From: an uncultured bacterium
Lineage (GTDB): Bacteria; Vulcanimicrobiota; CADAWZ01
Assembly: GCA_902790465.1 (NCBI GenBank)
Contig: CADASF010000008.1
Coordinates: 981 to 64,980, forward strand
Reading direction: 5' to 3'
DNA: 64,000 nt
Under the pieces are notes generated by a model. The model was given only the letters and a program-made list of their open reading frames with translations, was not told where the DNA came from and made no database searches. Positions 9,049-18,988 of the stretch are shown here, one piece after another; the first letter of the stretch is position 1, and each line of letters begins with the position of its first letter. The translations under genes and the position numbers were made by a program.

Positions 9049-9845
9049 CAAATATATCAATTTTCTTTTTTGTATTATTAATTTCGATATTTATCTTATC
9101 AGATATCAGATTGAATAATATAGAAAATGGCAGAATACTTGCAAAAAATTCTTTTTGGAAATATTCTCAAAAGGGAATTAAAACGGCAGAAATCCCAATA
9201 TTAAATAATCAATATTCAACAATAAAACTTCTAAAAATAGACCCTAAATATTTTTATGGACATATAATGTATTCAAAAAATATGGGAAAAACAAGCATGG
9301 CTATAAGAAATATGACAAAAGACTATAAAAGTACGATAGGGATAAATGCCAATTATTTTGATGAAGATTACTACCCATTGGGACATCTTAAAATAAAGGG
9401 AAAAATAATAAATAATTACATAGCTGAACCATTGATATATTCAGGAATAATAACATTCAAAAATGGAAAAATGAAAATCATTCACAGAGATGATTATATT
9501 CCTGAAAATTATGATGAAGCTTTACAAGTTGGTCCAAGATTAATTGCAAATGGAAAAATGACTTATGGAATAGAAAATATGATAGACTACACAAGTTATT
9601 CAAGACGTTCAATGATTGGATTTGACAAAAACGGCTCAATAATACTTGGAGTAACTTATGGTATTACATCTTGGAAAGAAATCGTCAATACGATGTTATA
9701 TAATTTAGAAATAAATATTGACAGTTTAATAAATTTAGATGGTGGCTCATCAGCTCAGATATATGCTTCAAATGGCAAAACAGATATAATAGATGAAAGA
9801 GGAGTATCAGTTCCAATTGGAATAGGATTCAAATTTAAGAATTAA
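9003..9845 (+). CDS. Phosphodiester glycosidase family protein (DUF2233/NAGPA-like), membrane anchored
   Basis: N-terminal TM segment, then GINANYFD, LQVGPRLIANGK, RRSMIGFDKNGSIILGV and NLDGGSSAQ. The true start may be the internal Met at 9012. Confidence 0.65.
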   Translation: MERMSNERKRRNRILTNISIFFFVLLISIFILSDIRLNNIENGRILAKNSFWKYSQKGIKTAEIPILNNQYSTIKLLKIDPKYFYGHIMYSKNMGKTSMAIRNMTKDYKSTIGINANYFDEDYYPLGHLKIKGKIINNYIAEPLIYSGIITFKNGKMKIIHRDDYIPENYDEALQVGPRLIANGKMTYGIENMIDYTSYSRRSMIGFDKNGSIILGVTYGITSWKEIVNTMLYNLEINIDSLINLDGGSSAQIYASNGKTDIIDERGVSVPIGIGFKFKN

Positions 9846-9981
9846 TAATACATGAATCAAAAAAAAAATGTTTACAATTCAGAAATTTTTTGTTAATATT
9901 TTGTTAACTATATATTAGTACAATAAAGCTAAGTTAAAATATAATAAAACTCTTAAAAGAGAATTCAAGGAGGTTTGACTT

Positions 9982-10806
9982 ATGTTTGATACAAATTTGC
10001 AGGCAAGTAATGTAATGAACAGCCAGCAGATGATGAATGTTCACTTCACAAACTTGCAGAACCAATTCACCCCAGGTTACAAAGCCGAATCAGTAAATTT
10101 CAATGATCTTATGAGTAGCACTGGAAGCAGTGGTTCAGCAAAAGTAAGACAAAATAGTACAATATTCACACAAGGTGCTATTTCACAGACAGGAAGACAG
10201 TTCGACCTTGCTATCAATGGTAACGGTTTCTTCACATTGAGCGACGGAGTAAACGAACAGTATTCTCGTGACGGTCGTTTTGTTGCTTCTCCAGAAGGCA
10301 AACTCGTTCAAGAATCAACAGGAATGGCTGCCAAAGCATACAAACTCGATGCAAATGGCAATATCTGTGGAACCCTTACAGATGTTGATGTTTCCATGGA
10401 TCCATCAAACCAAAAATATCTTGGTGAATATGACAGCTTCAGCTTTGACAATACTGGTAAACTCTATGGAGAAAAAACAATAACAGATCCTATCACTGGA
10501 CAGGAAACAAAAGAAACAGTTCCTCTCTATCAGATGGCTCTTACTTCATTTGCAAATTCTTCAGGACTTCAGCGTACAGGTACAACAACATTTGCAGCAA
10601 GTGAAACTTCTGGAAAAGCTGTAACAGGTGTTGCAGGTCAAGGTGCTCTCGGTTCAGTCGTAGCAAATAGCGTCGAGCTTGCAAATGTTGACTATGCTCA
10701 ACAGGCAGCTTCAATCGGTATGGCAAAAATGAACTACAATGCAAGTTTTGCAGCTTTCAAAGCAATGGATAAGCTCACAGAACAAGCACTTCAGTTAGTA
10801 AAATAA
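9982..10806 (+). CDS. Flagellar basal-body rod/hook family protein (FlgF/FlgG-like)
   Basis: The N-terminal rod motif is degenerate but present (TNLQNQFTPGYK). The C-terminal VELANVDYAQQAASIGMAKMNYNASFAAFKAMDK matches the flg_bbr C-terminal signature. SD is AAGGAGG. Confidence 0.7.
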   Translation: MFDTNLQASNVMNSQQMMNVHFTNLQNQFTPGYKAESVNFNDLMSSTGSSGSAKVRQNSTIFTQGAISQTGRQFDLAINGNGFFTLSDGVNEQYSRDGRFVASPEGKLVQESTGMAAKAYKLDANGNICGTLTDVDVSMDPSNQKYLGEYDSFSFDNTGKLYGEKTITDPITGQETKETVPLYQMALTSFANSSGLQRTGTTTFAASETSGKAVTGVAGQGALGSVVANSVELANVDYAQQAASIGMAKMNYNASFAAFKAMDKLTEQALQLVK

Positions 10807-10833
10807 TTTTTTTCCAAAAAAAATAAAATTAGC

Positions 10834-10883
10834 CCTATATCCCCTTTGCTTTAGAGCTATAGGGATATAGGGTAATTTTTTTA
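10834..10883 (+). terminator. Intrinsic terminator after the rod gene
   Basis: CCCTATATCCC..GGGATATAGGG (11-bp perfect stem) followed by TAATTTTTTT. Confidence 0.75.
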
Positions 10884-10969
10884 AGAAAAAAAAAGTTTGG
10901 ATAATTGCTTTGTATTTCTTTTTATGTTATAATAAAATGTATGTTCTTTGAAAAGGAGGAAAGTATTTT

Positions 10970-11989
10970 TTGAGAGAACAAATGGACAGAATTTCTTTTG
11001 ATTCGAATATATCCCCTTCAGGAAATATTCAGCCACAATATATGAGAAACCAAATTAGAGCAAGCAGTCGTCCAACCGTAGAAACAAAAAAAGCTGAAGC
11101 TTATGATTTCAAACGTGGAGAAAAACTTTCAAGTGAGCAAGAAAGATTTGTAAGAGACATATTTAATGGCTTTGCAGAAAATGTTATGATTCACTTAGGA
11201 GCTTTACTTCAGACTAAAGCTCAACTAAACTTAGGAAGTATCAGACAGAGGAACTATCATTCTTTTTTAAGTTCTCTAAACGATCCTTCCGCTATTTTCG
11301 TATTTAAAATAGATGCCACAACAAAAGGGATAATATGTATGGAAATGCCATTGGGGTTTGCTCTTATAGACAAACTCATGGGTGGTAAAGGAACGGCAAT
11401 AGATGAAGTACGAAAATTTACTGAACTTGAAAAATCCATAATCATGATGCCAATTAACAATATGCTTACGGCATATACAGAGGCTTGGAAAGATGTAAGA
11501 AAAGTAGAATCAGTCTTTTTAAGTATGGATTTTAATCCAATGTCAGTTCATATAGCCATACCAAGTGAAGTCATGGTTGATATAACTTTTGAAGCAACAT
11601 TTGCTCAAACTTCAGGCATGGTCGATGTATGTATTCCTTTTAAATATCTAAAAGATGTGCTTCCAAAAATAAGTTTTGACAAATTCTTAATAACGAGAAG
11701 CATAACAGGAGATAATCACCAAATAGCTCCTACAAATATAATAACTGGAGTTGAAGCAGCAAAAATTCCTGTTGTGGTAGAACTCGGAAAAGCGGAATTA
11801 ATGTTCCAAGATTTACTTGATTTAGAAATTGGAGACTGTATAAAACTTGACACAGTTGTAACAGATCCTATGAAACTAAAAGTAAATAACAGAACAAAAT
11901 TTTTAGGAAGACCTGGAATTAAGGACAATAAAATGTCTATTCAGATAACAAAAGTATTAGCAGAAGGAGACGAGGACGATGAACAATGA
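10970..11989 (+). CDS. fliM: Flagellar motor switch protein FliM
   Basis: The length, its position upstream of fliN, and the SpoA-like C-terminus fit FliM. It uses a TTG start 9 nt after AAGGAGGA. Confidence 0.8.
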   Translation: MREQMDRISFDSNISPSGNIQPQYMRNQIRASSRPTVETKKAEAYDFKRGEKLSSEQERFVRDIFNGFAENVMIHLGALLQTKAQLNLGSIRQRNYHSFLSSLNDPSAIFVFKIDATTKGIICMEMPLGFALIDKLMGGKGTAIDEVRKFTELEKSIIMMPINNMLTAYTEAWKDVRKVESVFLSMDFNPMSVHIAIPSEVMVDITFEATFAQTSGMVDVCIPFKYLKDVLPKISFDKFLITRSITGDNHQIAPTNIITGVEAAKIPVVVELGKAELMFQDLLDLEIGDCIKLDTVVTDPMKLKVNNRTKFLGRPGIKDNKMSIQITKVLAEGDEDDEQ

Positions 11990-12281
11990 GGTAAGGTCAG
12001 TTCAATTTGGAGAAATTGAAGGTGGAGTAACACCATCTGGTCCACCAAGTAGTATTGGTATTTTAAATGATGTTGCTTTAGTTGTAAAAGCAGAACTTGG
12101 AAGAACAAGTATGCAGGTCAAAGAAATATTAAAACTCGGTGTAAATTCTGTAATTTCTCTTGATAAAGAATCTGGTGAACCTGTAGATGTACTTGTAAAT
12201 AACAAGATGATTGCCAAAGGCGAAGTCGTCGAAATAGATGGCAATTTTGGTGTTAGAATTACAGAAATAATCAACAGATGA
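11979..12281 (+). CDS. fliN: Flagellar motor switch protein FliN
   Basis: 100 aa with the SpoA domain signature (LGRTSMQVKEILKLGVNSVISLDK..VDVLVNNKMIAKGEVV..FGVRITEI). Confidence 0.85.
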   Translation: MNNEVRSVQFGEIEGGVTPSGPPSSIGILNDVALVVKAELGRTSMQVKEILKLGVNSVISLDKESGEPVDVLVNNKMIAKGEVVEIDGNFGVRITEIINR

Positions 12282-12970
12282 AAAGAAAATATATACTACA
12301 ACTTTGTTTTCTGTTTATACTCATTTTTATACTTTCAGCGACTATATATGCAGAAGATACTCAAAAAAAAGTAGAAAAACAAAATATAACTACTGAAGCA
12401 AAAAAAGAATTAAATAAAGAAGAACCTTCACCACTCGAAAAAGAATTTGCAACTGTTCCAAATCAAACAGATGAAATAACAGATGACAATGAAGATTGGC
12501 TAAATGCAAAAGAAACTGCAAAAGACCGTGAAATAAACAGAAAACTAAAAAAAAGAATTATTATAACTCTTTTTTATCTAGTTATTGTTGTTATATTAAT
12601 TTTTATAGTATTAAAATTTCTTGGTTCTGGGAAAATAAATATTCCGACATTAGGAATTATAAAAAATAATAGAAATATATTGCAAATAAAAGAAAGGATG
12701 TTTCTACAACAAGGAAAGGTTTTATATCTCATAAAAGCAGGAGAAAAAAATATCTTGATAGGAGTATCGGAAAATAATATAAATTATTTAACAGATGTAA
12801 ATGTCGAAGATAATAATAACAACTCAACAACTGCAACACAAGATATAAAACAAACAGAAAACAATTCTTATTTTAGTTTGTTTCCACAGATAAAGCCAAT
12901 AGAAAATAAAGAAATACTAAAAGAAGATAATAAAAAAAATACTGACACAGAAAAAAACTCGGAGGAATAA
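12278..12970 (+). CDS. FliO/FliZ-like flagellar export accessory membrane protein (long, low-complexity)
   Basis: It sits between fliN and fliP. It has a signal/TM segment plus a central TM. The assignment is by synteny only. Confidence 0.4.
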   Translation: MKRKYILQLCFLFILIFILSATIYAEDTQKKVEKQNITTEAKKELNKEEPSPLEKEFATVPNQTDEITDDNEDWLNAKETAKDREINRKLKKRIIITLFYLVIVVILIFIVLKFLGSGKINIPTLGIIKNNRNILQIKERMFLQQGKVLYLIKAGEKNILIGVSENNINYLTDVNVEDNNNNSTTATQDIKQTENNSYFSLFPQIKPIENKEILKEDNKKNTDTEKNSEE

Positions 12971-13774
12971 ATGAATAAAAAGCAAGACCTACGATTAGAC
13001 AAAATACTTTCGATACTTGGCTTTATAGCCATAGTATCGGCATTGATTGTCATATTTAAATCAGATTGTCTTGCAGCTCCAACACCCAATATAAGCCTTC
13101 CAGACATAAATATAGGAACAAATAAACCAAAAACTCCTACTGAGATGGCATTGCCAATACAGTTGTTGTTCTTTTTAACAACCCTATCTATGGCTCCTTA
13201 TTTACTGTTCATGACCACCGCATTTATAAGAGTATCTATTGTTTTGTCATTCATCAGAACAGCCATGGGTACACAACAGGTTCCACACACCCAAGTTCTT
13301 ATAGGTCTGGCATTATTTATAACATTTTATGTCATGATGCCTGTTGGAAAAGAAATAAATGACAAGGCGATCAAACCATATACACAAAGGCAAATATCTT
13401 GGAATCAATTTTTGGACAGAACATCAGCTCCATTAAAAAAGTTTATGTTAAAACAGACAAGAGATAAAGAACTAAAACTTTTTATAAGATTAGGAAAATT
13501 GGACACAAAAAAGATCAAAAAGAGAGAACAAGTTCCTGTATGGGTTCTGATTCCTGCTTATGTTTTGAGTGAAATAAAAACAGCATTTGAGATAGGTTTC
13601 TTAATATATCTGCCATTCCTTGTCGTTGACATGGTTGTCTCCTGTATTCTTATGGCAATGGGTATGTTTATGTTATCACCAATGACAATTAGTACGCCAT
13701 TTAAAATAATAATGTTTGTTTTAGTTGATGGGTGGCAACTGATTGTAGAAAGTCTTATAAAAAGTTTTAAATGA
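12971..13774 (+). CDS. fliP: Flagellar type III export gate protein FliP
   Basis: Conserved FliP blocks (LSMAPYLLFMTTAFIRVSIVLSFIRTAMG, GFLIYLPFLVVDMVV). Confidence 0.9.
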   Translation: MNKKQDLRLDKILSILGFIAIVSALIVIFKSDCLAAPTPNISLPDINIGTNKPKTPTEMALPIQLLFFLTTLSMAPYLLFMTTAFIRVSIVLSFIRTAMGTQQVPHTQVLIGLALFITFYVMMPVGKEINDKAIKPYTQRQISWNQFLDRTSAPLKKFMLKQTRDKELKLFIRLGKLDTKKIKKREQVPVWVLIPAYVLSEIKTAFEIGFLIYLPFLVVDMVVSCILMAMGMFMLSPMTISTPFKIIMFVLVDGWQLIVESLIKSFK

Positions 13775-13797
13775 CAAATCTAAAATGGAGGGCAAAA

Positions 13798-14070
13798 ATG
13801 ACAGAAGAATTTATATTATATATAACAAGTAAAGCATTACAATTAACATTAATGCTTGCACTACCTATGCTTCTTGCCGCTCTTGTTACAGGTCTTGTTA
13901 TAAGTATATTGCAGGCAACAACTCAAATTCAAGAACAGACAATTTCATTTGTTCCTAAAATTATAGCTACATTTGCTGTATTGATAGCCTGTTCAAGTTG
14001 GATTATAGCTATGATGTCTCAATTCGCAGTAGAAGTCTTTGCAGGCTTCCCCAAAATAGTCAATATGTAA
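13798..14070 (+). CDS. fliQ: Flagellar export gate protein FliQ
   Basis: 90 codons with typical FliQ sequence (LLAALVTGLVISILQATTQIQEQTISFVPKI). The ATG at 13798 follows GGAGGG. The ORF-track start at 13771 has no SD. Confidence 0.85.
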   Translation: MTEEFILYITSKALQLTLMLALPMLLAALVTGLVISILQATTQIQEQTISFVPKIIATFAVLIACSSWIIAMMSQFAVEVFAGFPKIVNM

Positions 14071-14090
14071 ATATTAAAGGCGGGTTATAA

Positions 14091-14879
14091 ATGGATCCAA
14101 CACAAGAAGGACTAAAACTTTTTGCACTATGGCTATTGATATTCGTAAGATTTATTGGTTTTGCAATAAGAGCTCCTGTATGGAGTAGTTATTTCAACAA
14201 AAAAATATTAATTGTCTCTGGTGCTGTTTGGGCATGTATCATATATCCAAGCATGACTGTACCTGATATATCTTTTGAGCCATTTACATATATATTGATG
14301 ATCATTTACCAATTATTTACAGGTATCATTATGGGATATACAGCGTATATCATTGTATCTGCAGCACAGTTTGCAGGTCAAATGCTTGATATACAAATGG
14401 GACTTTCAGTGGCAGCAAGTTACGATCCTATAAGCGGAAGTTCCATCAACATGATTATGAGACTTAAATTTTATCTTGCATTAACTTTATTCTTGATATT
14501 TAATGGTCATCATAAATTAGTTGAAATAATATTTAACAGCTTTAAAGTAATACCAATTACTGGTTTTAATTACAATGGAGATGTAATGCATCAGCTTATA
14601 GTCATGACCTCCCAAATATTTTATTTAGGAGTGCAATTAGCTTCCCCAGCAATGGCAGCACTATTTACTACTCAAATAGGTCTTGGTATGTTGGCAAGAG
14701 TTGCACCACAGATGAACGTTTTTATGTTAAGTTTTCCACTTAATATAGCTATAGGTATTACAGTCTTAGTTGCAGCATTACCATTGATTATAAACTCTTT
14801 ACAAAAACTTTTCGAACTTAATAACGATTATGTTATACAAATCATAAAAGCTATGAGTATCCTTCCTAAAGGAGGATAA
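14091..14879 (+). CDS. fliR: Flagellar export gate protein FliR
   Basis: 262-aa polytopic protein in the fliPQR position. Confidence 0.85.
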   Translation: MDPTQEGLKLFALWLLIFVRFIGFAIRAPVWSSYFNKKILIVSGAVWACIIYPSMTVPDISFEPFTYILMIIYQLFTGIIMGYTAYIIVSAAQFAGQMLDIQMGLSVAASYDPISGSSINMIMRLKFYLALTLFLIFNGHHKLVEIIFNSFKVIPITGFNYNGDVMHQLIVMTSQIFYLGVQLASPAMAALFTTQIGLGMLARVAPQMNVFMLSFPLNIAIGITVLVAALPLIINSLQKLFELNNDYVIQIIKAMSILPKGG

Positions 14880-14938
14880 AAAAATATTTTTTTGGAAATA
14901 TCTAAGGGGTAAAATAAAAGCGAAAGGGGGAAAGTAAC

Positions 14939-16036
14939 ATGTCTGAAGACAGCGACAAAACTGAAGAACCTACCGAGCAGAAATTGCAGGATGCACGAAA
15001 AAAAGGACAAGTTTGTAAAAGTCAAGATGCAACATCAACATTACTTCTCGGTGTAACAGCTGCTGTTTTAGGTGCAACAGGAGCAGGTCTTTTTAGAACT
15101 TTGAGCGGTTTTGCAAGAACTTGGTGGCTTCAAATAAGTGGAATTGTTGACAATCCAATAGGTGAACGATATCTATTTGGTGATTTTCTCTATATGATGA
15201 CAACTTTCTTTCAAGTTCTCATACCTCTTTTTGCAGCAGCATTCATATTCGCTATAGCAGGAAACATGGCTCAGATTAAATTCATATTTACAACAGAGCC
15301 ATTAACTCCAAAACTCAGCAAAATTAATCCTATTGAAGGATTCAAAAAAATTTTTTCGATGAAATCAGTTGTAAATTTATTACAACAAATTGCAAAATTA
15401 GGTGTAATAGGATTCATCGTCTATAGTATTCTAAAAAAGAATATACCTGTACTTTCTTTTGCTGTAGATTGGGACCTTTATACAACTACATCATTCTTGA
15501 AAAAAATTGTACAACAGATTATTTCAAATACTCTTGTGGGCATGTTTGTATTATCTATTCTTGATTATATTATTCAGAGAAAAGAATATATGAAAAACAT
15601 GAAAATGTCCATGCAAGAATTAAAAGATGAATATAAAAATACTGAAGGAAACCCACAGGTCAAAGGTAAAATCAAGCAAATGATGAGACAGGCAGCACAG
15701 GGACAGATGATGGGAGAAGTAGCAGGAGCTTCTGCAGTTGTTACAAACCCAACTCACCTTGCAGTTGCAATAAGATATAAACAGGGCGAAGACCAAGCTC
15801 CAGTTGTAGTAGCAAAAGGTGAAAATTTAAATGCTGTAAAAATAAAATCACTTGCAGAAGACAGTGAAGTTCCTATTGTAGAAAATGTAGAACTTGCAAG
15901 AGCCTTATTTGGAGCAGCTGAAGTTGGTCAACCAATTCCTCCAGATCTTTACAAAGCAACAGCAGAACTGCTTGCCTATGTATTTAAAATCAAAAGAAGA
16001 AAAAATAAAAGACAGCAAAGAAATAGAAGAAGATAA
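14939..16036 (+). CDS. flhB: Flagellar export switch protein FlhB
   Basis: N-terminal EKTEEPTEQKLQDARKKGQV and the autocleavage motif NPTH (VVTNPTHLAVA). Confidence 0.9.
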   Translation: MSEDSDKTEEPTEQKLQDARKKGQVCKSQDATSTLLLGVTAAVLGATGAGLFRTLSGFARTWWLQISGIVDNPIGERYLFGDFLYMMTTFFQVLIPLFAAAFIFAIAGNMAQIKFIFTTEPLTPKLSKINPIEGFKKIFSMKSVVNLLQQIAKLGVIGFIVYSILKKNIPVLSFAVDWDLYTTTSFLKKIVQQIISNTLVGMFVLSILDYIIQRKEYMKNMKMSMQELKDEYKNTEGNPQVKGKIKQMMRQAAQGQMMGEVAGASAVVTNPTHLAVAIRYKQGEDQAPVVVAKGENLNAVKIKSLAEDSEVPIVENVELARALFGAAEVGQPIPPDLYKATAELLAYVFKIKRRKNKRQQRNRRR

Positions 16037-16061
16037 TATTAATTAAAAGGAAAATATCTCT

Positions 16062-18161
16062 GTGGATATAGAAAAACTATCAAAAAATTCCGATATTATG
16101 ATGGCAGTGGCTGTCGTGGGTATTATTCTCATGCTCATCATTCCAATGCCCTCAGAACTTCTTGACTTTTTACTCGTTGTAAATATAGCTTCAGCTATTA
16201 TTATTCTTATTATATCCATATATATTGCAGAACCTCTTGAATTTTCTGTGTTTCCAACCATGCTTCTTGTTTGTACGCTTTTTAGGTTGGCACTTGATAT
16301 TTCTTCAACAAGAATGATTCTACTATATGGAGATAAGAAAAGTCCAACTGGAGCTCCGATAGGTGCTGGTCATCTTATACCTGCGTTTGCAGAGGTTGTC
16401 GTCGGTGGTAATTTAATTATCGGTTTCTTGATGTTCATCCTCTTGATTATTGTTCAGCTTATGGTTATAACAAGTGGTGCTGAGCGTATCGCACAGGTTG
16501 CAGCAAGATTTACACTCGACGCTATGCCTGGAAAACAGATGGCAATCGACGCCGATCTTCACTCTGGATTGATTGATGCTGAAGGTGCTAAAAAGAAAAG
16601 AAGAGCAGTCGAAAAAGAATCAGACTTCTATGGAGCCATGGATGGTGCTGGTAAGTTCGTAAAAGGTGATGCCATGGCGTCTGTCGTCATTATGGTTATC
16701 AACATCATAGGTGGTTTGTTAGTCGGAATTATAATGAAACATATGAAGGCAGGAGATGCCTTAAATACCTATGCTATATTGACTATAGGTAGTGGTCTAA
16801 CAACTACAGTTCCAGCTTTCCTTCTATCTACTTCAATGGGTATGGTCGTTTCAAGAGCTGCCTCTGATTCAAACCTTGGTTCAGATTTAGTTGGACAGTT
16901 GATGGCTCAACCAAAAGCACTCATGATCGGTGCAGGTTTCTGTATATTGCTTGCACTTCTTGGAATAACTGGATTCTTCCCAATGCCAGTATTCCCATTC
17001 CTTACTTTAGGCTTAATTTTGGGTGCTGCAGGATTCATGCTCGACAAACAGTCAAAAACCCAAGATGTTGCTGTTGTTAGTAAAGGGCAAGAAAAGAAAA
17101 AAGAAGCTGCCAAAAAGCCAGAAAATGTTGTACAGCTTATGCAGGTTGACCCAATTTCTCTCGAAGTTGGAAGAGGTCTTCTCTCACTTGTCGATCCTAA
17201 CCAAGGTGCAAAACTTCTCGAGCGTGTAACATCTATAAGAAGGCATATTGCTCTTGAGCTTGGAATAGTTGTGCCTGGTGTAAGATTTAGAGATAATCTT
17301 CAGTTAAAACCAAATGGTTATGTAATCAAAATAAAAGAAATGGAAGTTGCAAGTGGCGAAGTTGTTGTAAACCAATTCCTTGCAATAGGTCCAGAAGAAA
17401 AACTCAAAAATTTAAGAGGAACAAAGACTGTAGACCCTACTTATGGCATGCCTGGTGTTTGGATTTCTCCTGAACAAAGAGGAGATGCTGAAAGACTTGG
17501 TTGCATGATCTTCGATCCTGTCAGTGTTATAGCAACTCAAATGACAGAAGTCATTAGAACTTATGGTGGAGATTTGATAGGAAGACAAGAAGTTCAAGCA
17601 TTGATTGATACAGTAAAGAAAACTCACCCTGCAGTTGTAAAAGAACTTGTTCCAGATCAGATGTCTTATGGTGAAATTGAAAAAGTTTTACAAAATCTTG
17701 TAAAAGAAAGAGTTTCAATAAGAGACTTAGTAACAGTTCTTGAAACACTTGCAGATAATGTAACCATGTCAAAAGATCCTGAAGTATTGACAGAATGTGT
17801 AAGAGTTGCACTTTCAAGAGTAATCTGTAAAGAATATGTCAATAATGAAGGTATTATAAATGTAATAACACTCGATCCACAGATAGAACAAATAATATCA
17901 CAGTCTATACAGAGAACTGAAATGGGGTCATTCTTAGCATTAGATCCTAACATGGGACAAAATGTGTTGAGCTCTGTAGGTAAAGAAGTTGCAAAACTTC
18001 AAGAAAAGGGACTTCAACCAATCGTATTATGTGCTCCTCAAATAAGACCAGCTCTCAAAAAATTGACAGATAGATCATTCCCAACCCTCGTTGTATTGTC
18101 ATGGAATGAAATAGCACCTAAAGTTAATGTAAATTCAGTAGGTCAAGTATCTTTGAACTAA
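16062..18161 (+). CDS. flhA: Flagellar export gate protein FlhA
   Basis: 699 aa containing FPTMLLVCTLFRLALDISSTRMIL and the FHIPEP region RFTLDAMPGKQMAIDADL. GTG start. Confidence 0.9.
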   Translation: MDIEKLSKNSDIMMAVAVVGIILMLIIPMPSELLDFLLVVNIASAIIILIISIYIAEPLEFSVFPTMLLVCTLFRLALDISSTRMILLYGDKKSPTGAPIGAGHLIPAFAEVVVGGNLIIGFLMFILLIIVQLMVITSGAERIAQVAARFTLDAMPGKQMAIDADLHSGLIDAEGAKKKRRAVEKESDFYGAMDGAGKFVKGDAMASVVIMVINIIGGLLVGIIMKHMKAGDALNTYAILTIGSGLTTTVPAFLLSTSMGMVVSRAASDSNLGSDLVGQLMAQPKALMIGAGFCILLALLGITGFFPMPVFPFLTLGLILGAAGFMLDKQSKTQDVAVVSKGQEKKKEAAKKPENVVQLMQVDPISLEVGRGLLSLVDPNQGAKLLERVTSIRRHIALELGIVVPGVRFRDNLQLKPNGYVIKIKEMEVASGEVVVNQFLAIGPEEKLKNLRGTKTVDPTYGMPGVWISPEQRGDAERLGCMIFDPVSVIATQMTEVIRTYGGDLIGRQEVQALIDTVKKTHPAVVKELVPDQMSYGEIEKVLQNLVKERVSIRDLVTVLETLADNVTMSKDPEVLTECVRVALSRVICKEYVNNEGIINVITLDPQIEQIISQSIQRTEMGSFLALDPNMGQNVLSSVGKEVAKLQEKGLQPIVLCAPQIRPALKKLTDRSFPTLVVLSWNEIAPKVNVNSVGQVSLN

Positions 18162-18240
18162 ATAAAAGATATACCCAAAGTCTAAAAGACTTTTAAACAT
18201 GCCCTAATAAGGCACAAAAAAATTGGAGGTATTCTGCCAA

Positions 18241-18483
18241 ATGGAAACAAATATTGGACTCACACCAGAAGAAATGGTCAGCATGTTCAACAGAATGTAC
18301 TTAGATGTATGGGAAAAAACAAAAGATAAAATAACTTGGGACAACCCAATGACCCCACAAACAGTTATGAATCTGCTTGAAATAGTAGTAACAGCAGCAA
18401 GAGATGGTGCTATATTGACAATGCATGAGAACAACCAAAAAGTATATATGGATTTAGTTCAAAAAGGAATTATTCCACAATAA
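18241..18483 (+). CDS. Hypothetical small protein (80 aa)
   Basis: ATG lies 11 nt after GGAGG. The ORF-track TTG at 18223 overlaps the SD. No family recognised. Confidence 0.45.
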   Translation: METNIGLTPEEMVSMFNRMYLDVWEKTKDKITWDNPMTPQTVMNLLEIVVTAARDGAILTMHENNQKVYMDLVQKGIIPQ

Positions 18484-18514
18484 AAAAAATTCAATAAATT
18501 TTTTTTAAAATATA

Positions 18515-18543
18515 TTGACACTTTGGGTTTATTGTGTGATAAT
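18515..18543 (+). promoter_or_regulatory. Sigma-70-like promoter with extended -10
   Basis: TTGACA, 17-nt spacer, TGtGATAAT, upstream of 18590-18853. Confidence 0.55.
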
Positions 18544-18589
18544 ATAAACAAGGTTAGCTTAAAAAAATTTTGAAGGGAGATTCCTAAAT

Positions 18590-18853
18590 ATGGATATAAT
18601 GTCAATTTCTAGATTAGTAAATAACATCAACAGCAGCATGAGCGGTGCTCAAATGTTGAACAGTGCTTCAATCAAAGCTGAAGAAGCACAACTCTCAATG
18701 GCATCTGAATCAGAAAAATCAGAGTGGAACAAATGGAAAATGATCCAAGACACACAGAACAAAATCTATGAAATTCAGCAGGGTGTCGCAGTAGATCAGG
18801 CTAAGACTCAGGACAAGATGTTCAACAAATGGGATGAATATATCAAATCATAG
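18590..18853 (+). CDS. Hypothetical small S/Q/N/K-rich protein (87 aa)
   Basis: SD is GGGAGA. It has its own promoter and terminator. It contains no Cys and no family was recognised. Confidence 0.5.
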   Translation: MDIMSISRLVNNINSSMSGAQMLNSASIKAEEAQLSMASESEKSEWNKWKMIQDTQNKIYEIQQGVAVDQAKTQDKMFNKWDEYIKS

Positions 18854-18877
18854 TTGAAACTCGTTAGCAAGCAAGCT

Positions 18878-18910
18878 GAGAGGTCTCAAATTTTGAGGCC
18901 TCTCTTTTAT
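18878..18910 (+). terminator. Intrinsic terminator
   Basis: GAGAGGTCTCAAA / TTTGAGGCCTCTC stem followed by TTTTAT. Confidence 0.7.
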
Positions 18911-18988
18911 TTCACTACATAAAACCGTTATCTTGCTATTAAGTCGGAAGCTAAATAGGGCGTGTTGGTAAACTATTTTTTTATATAT

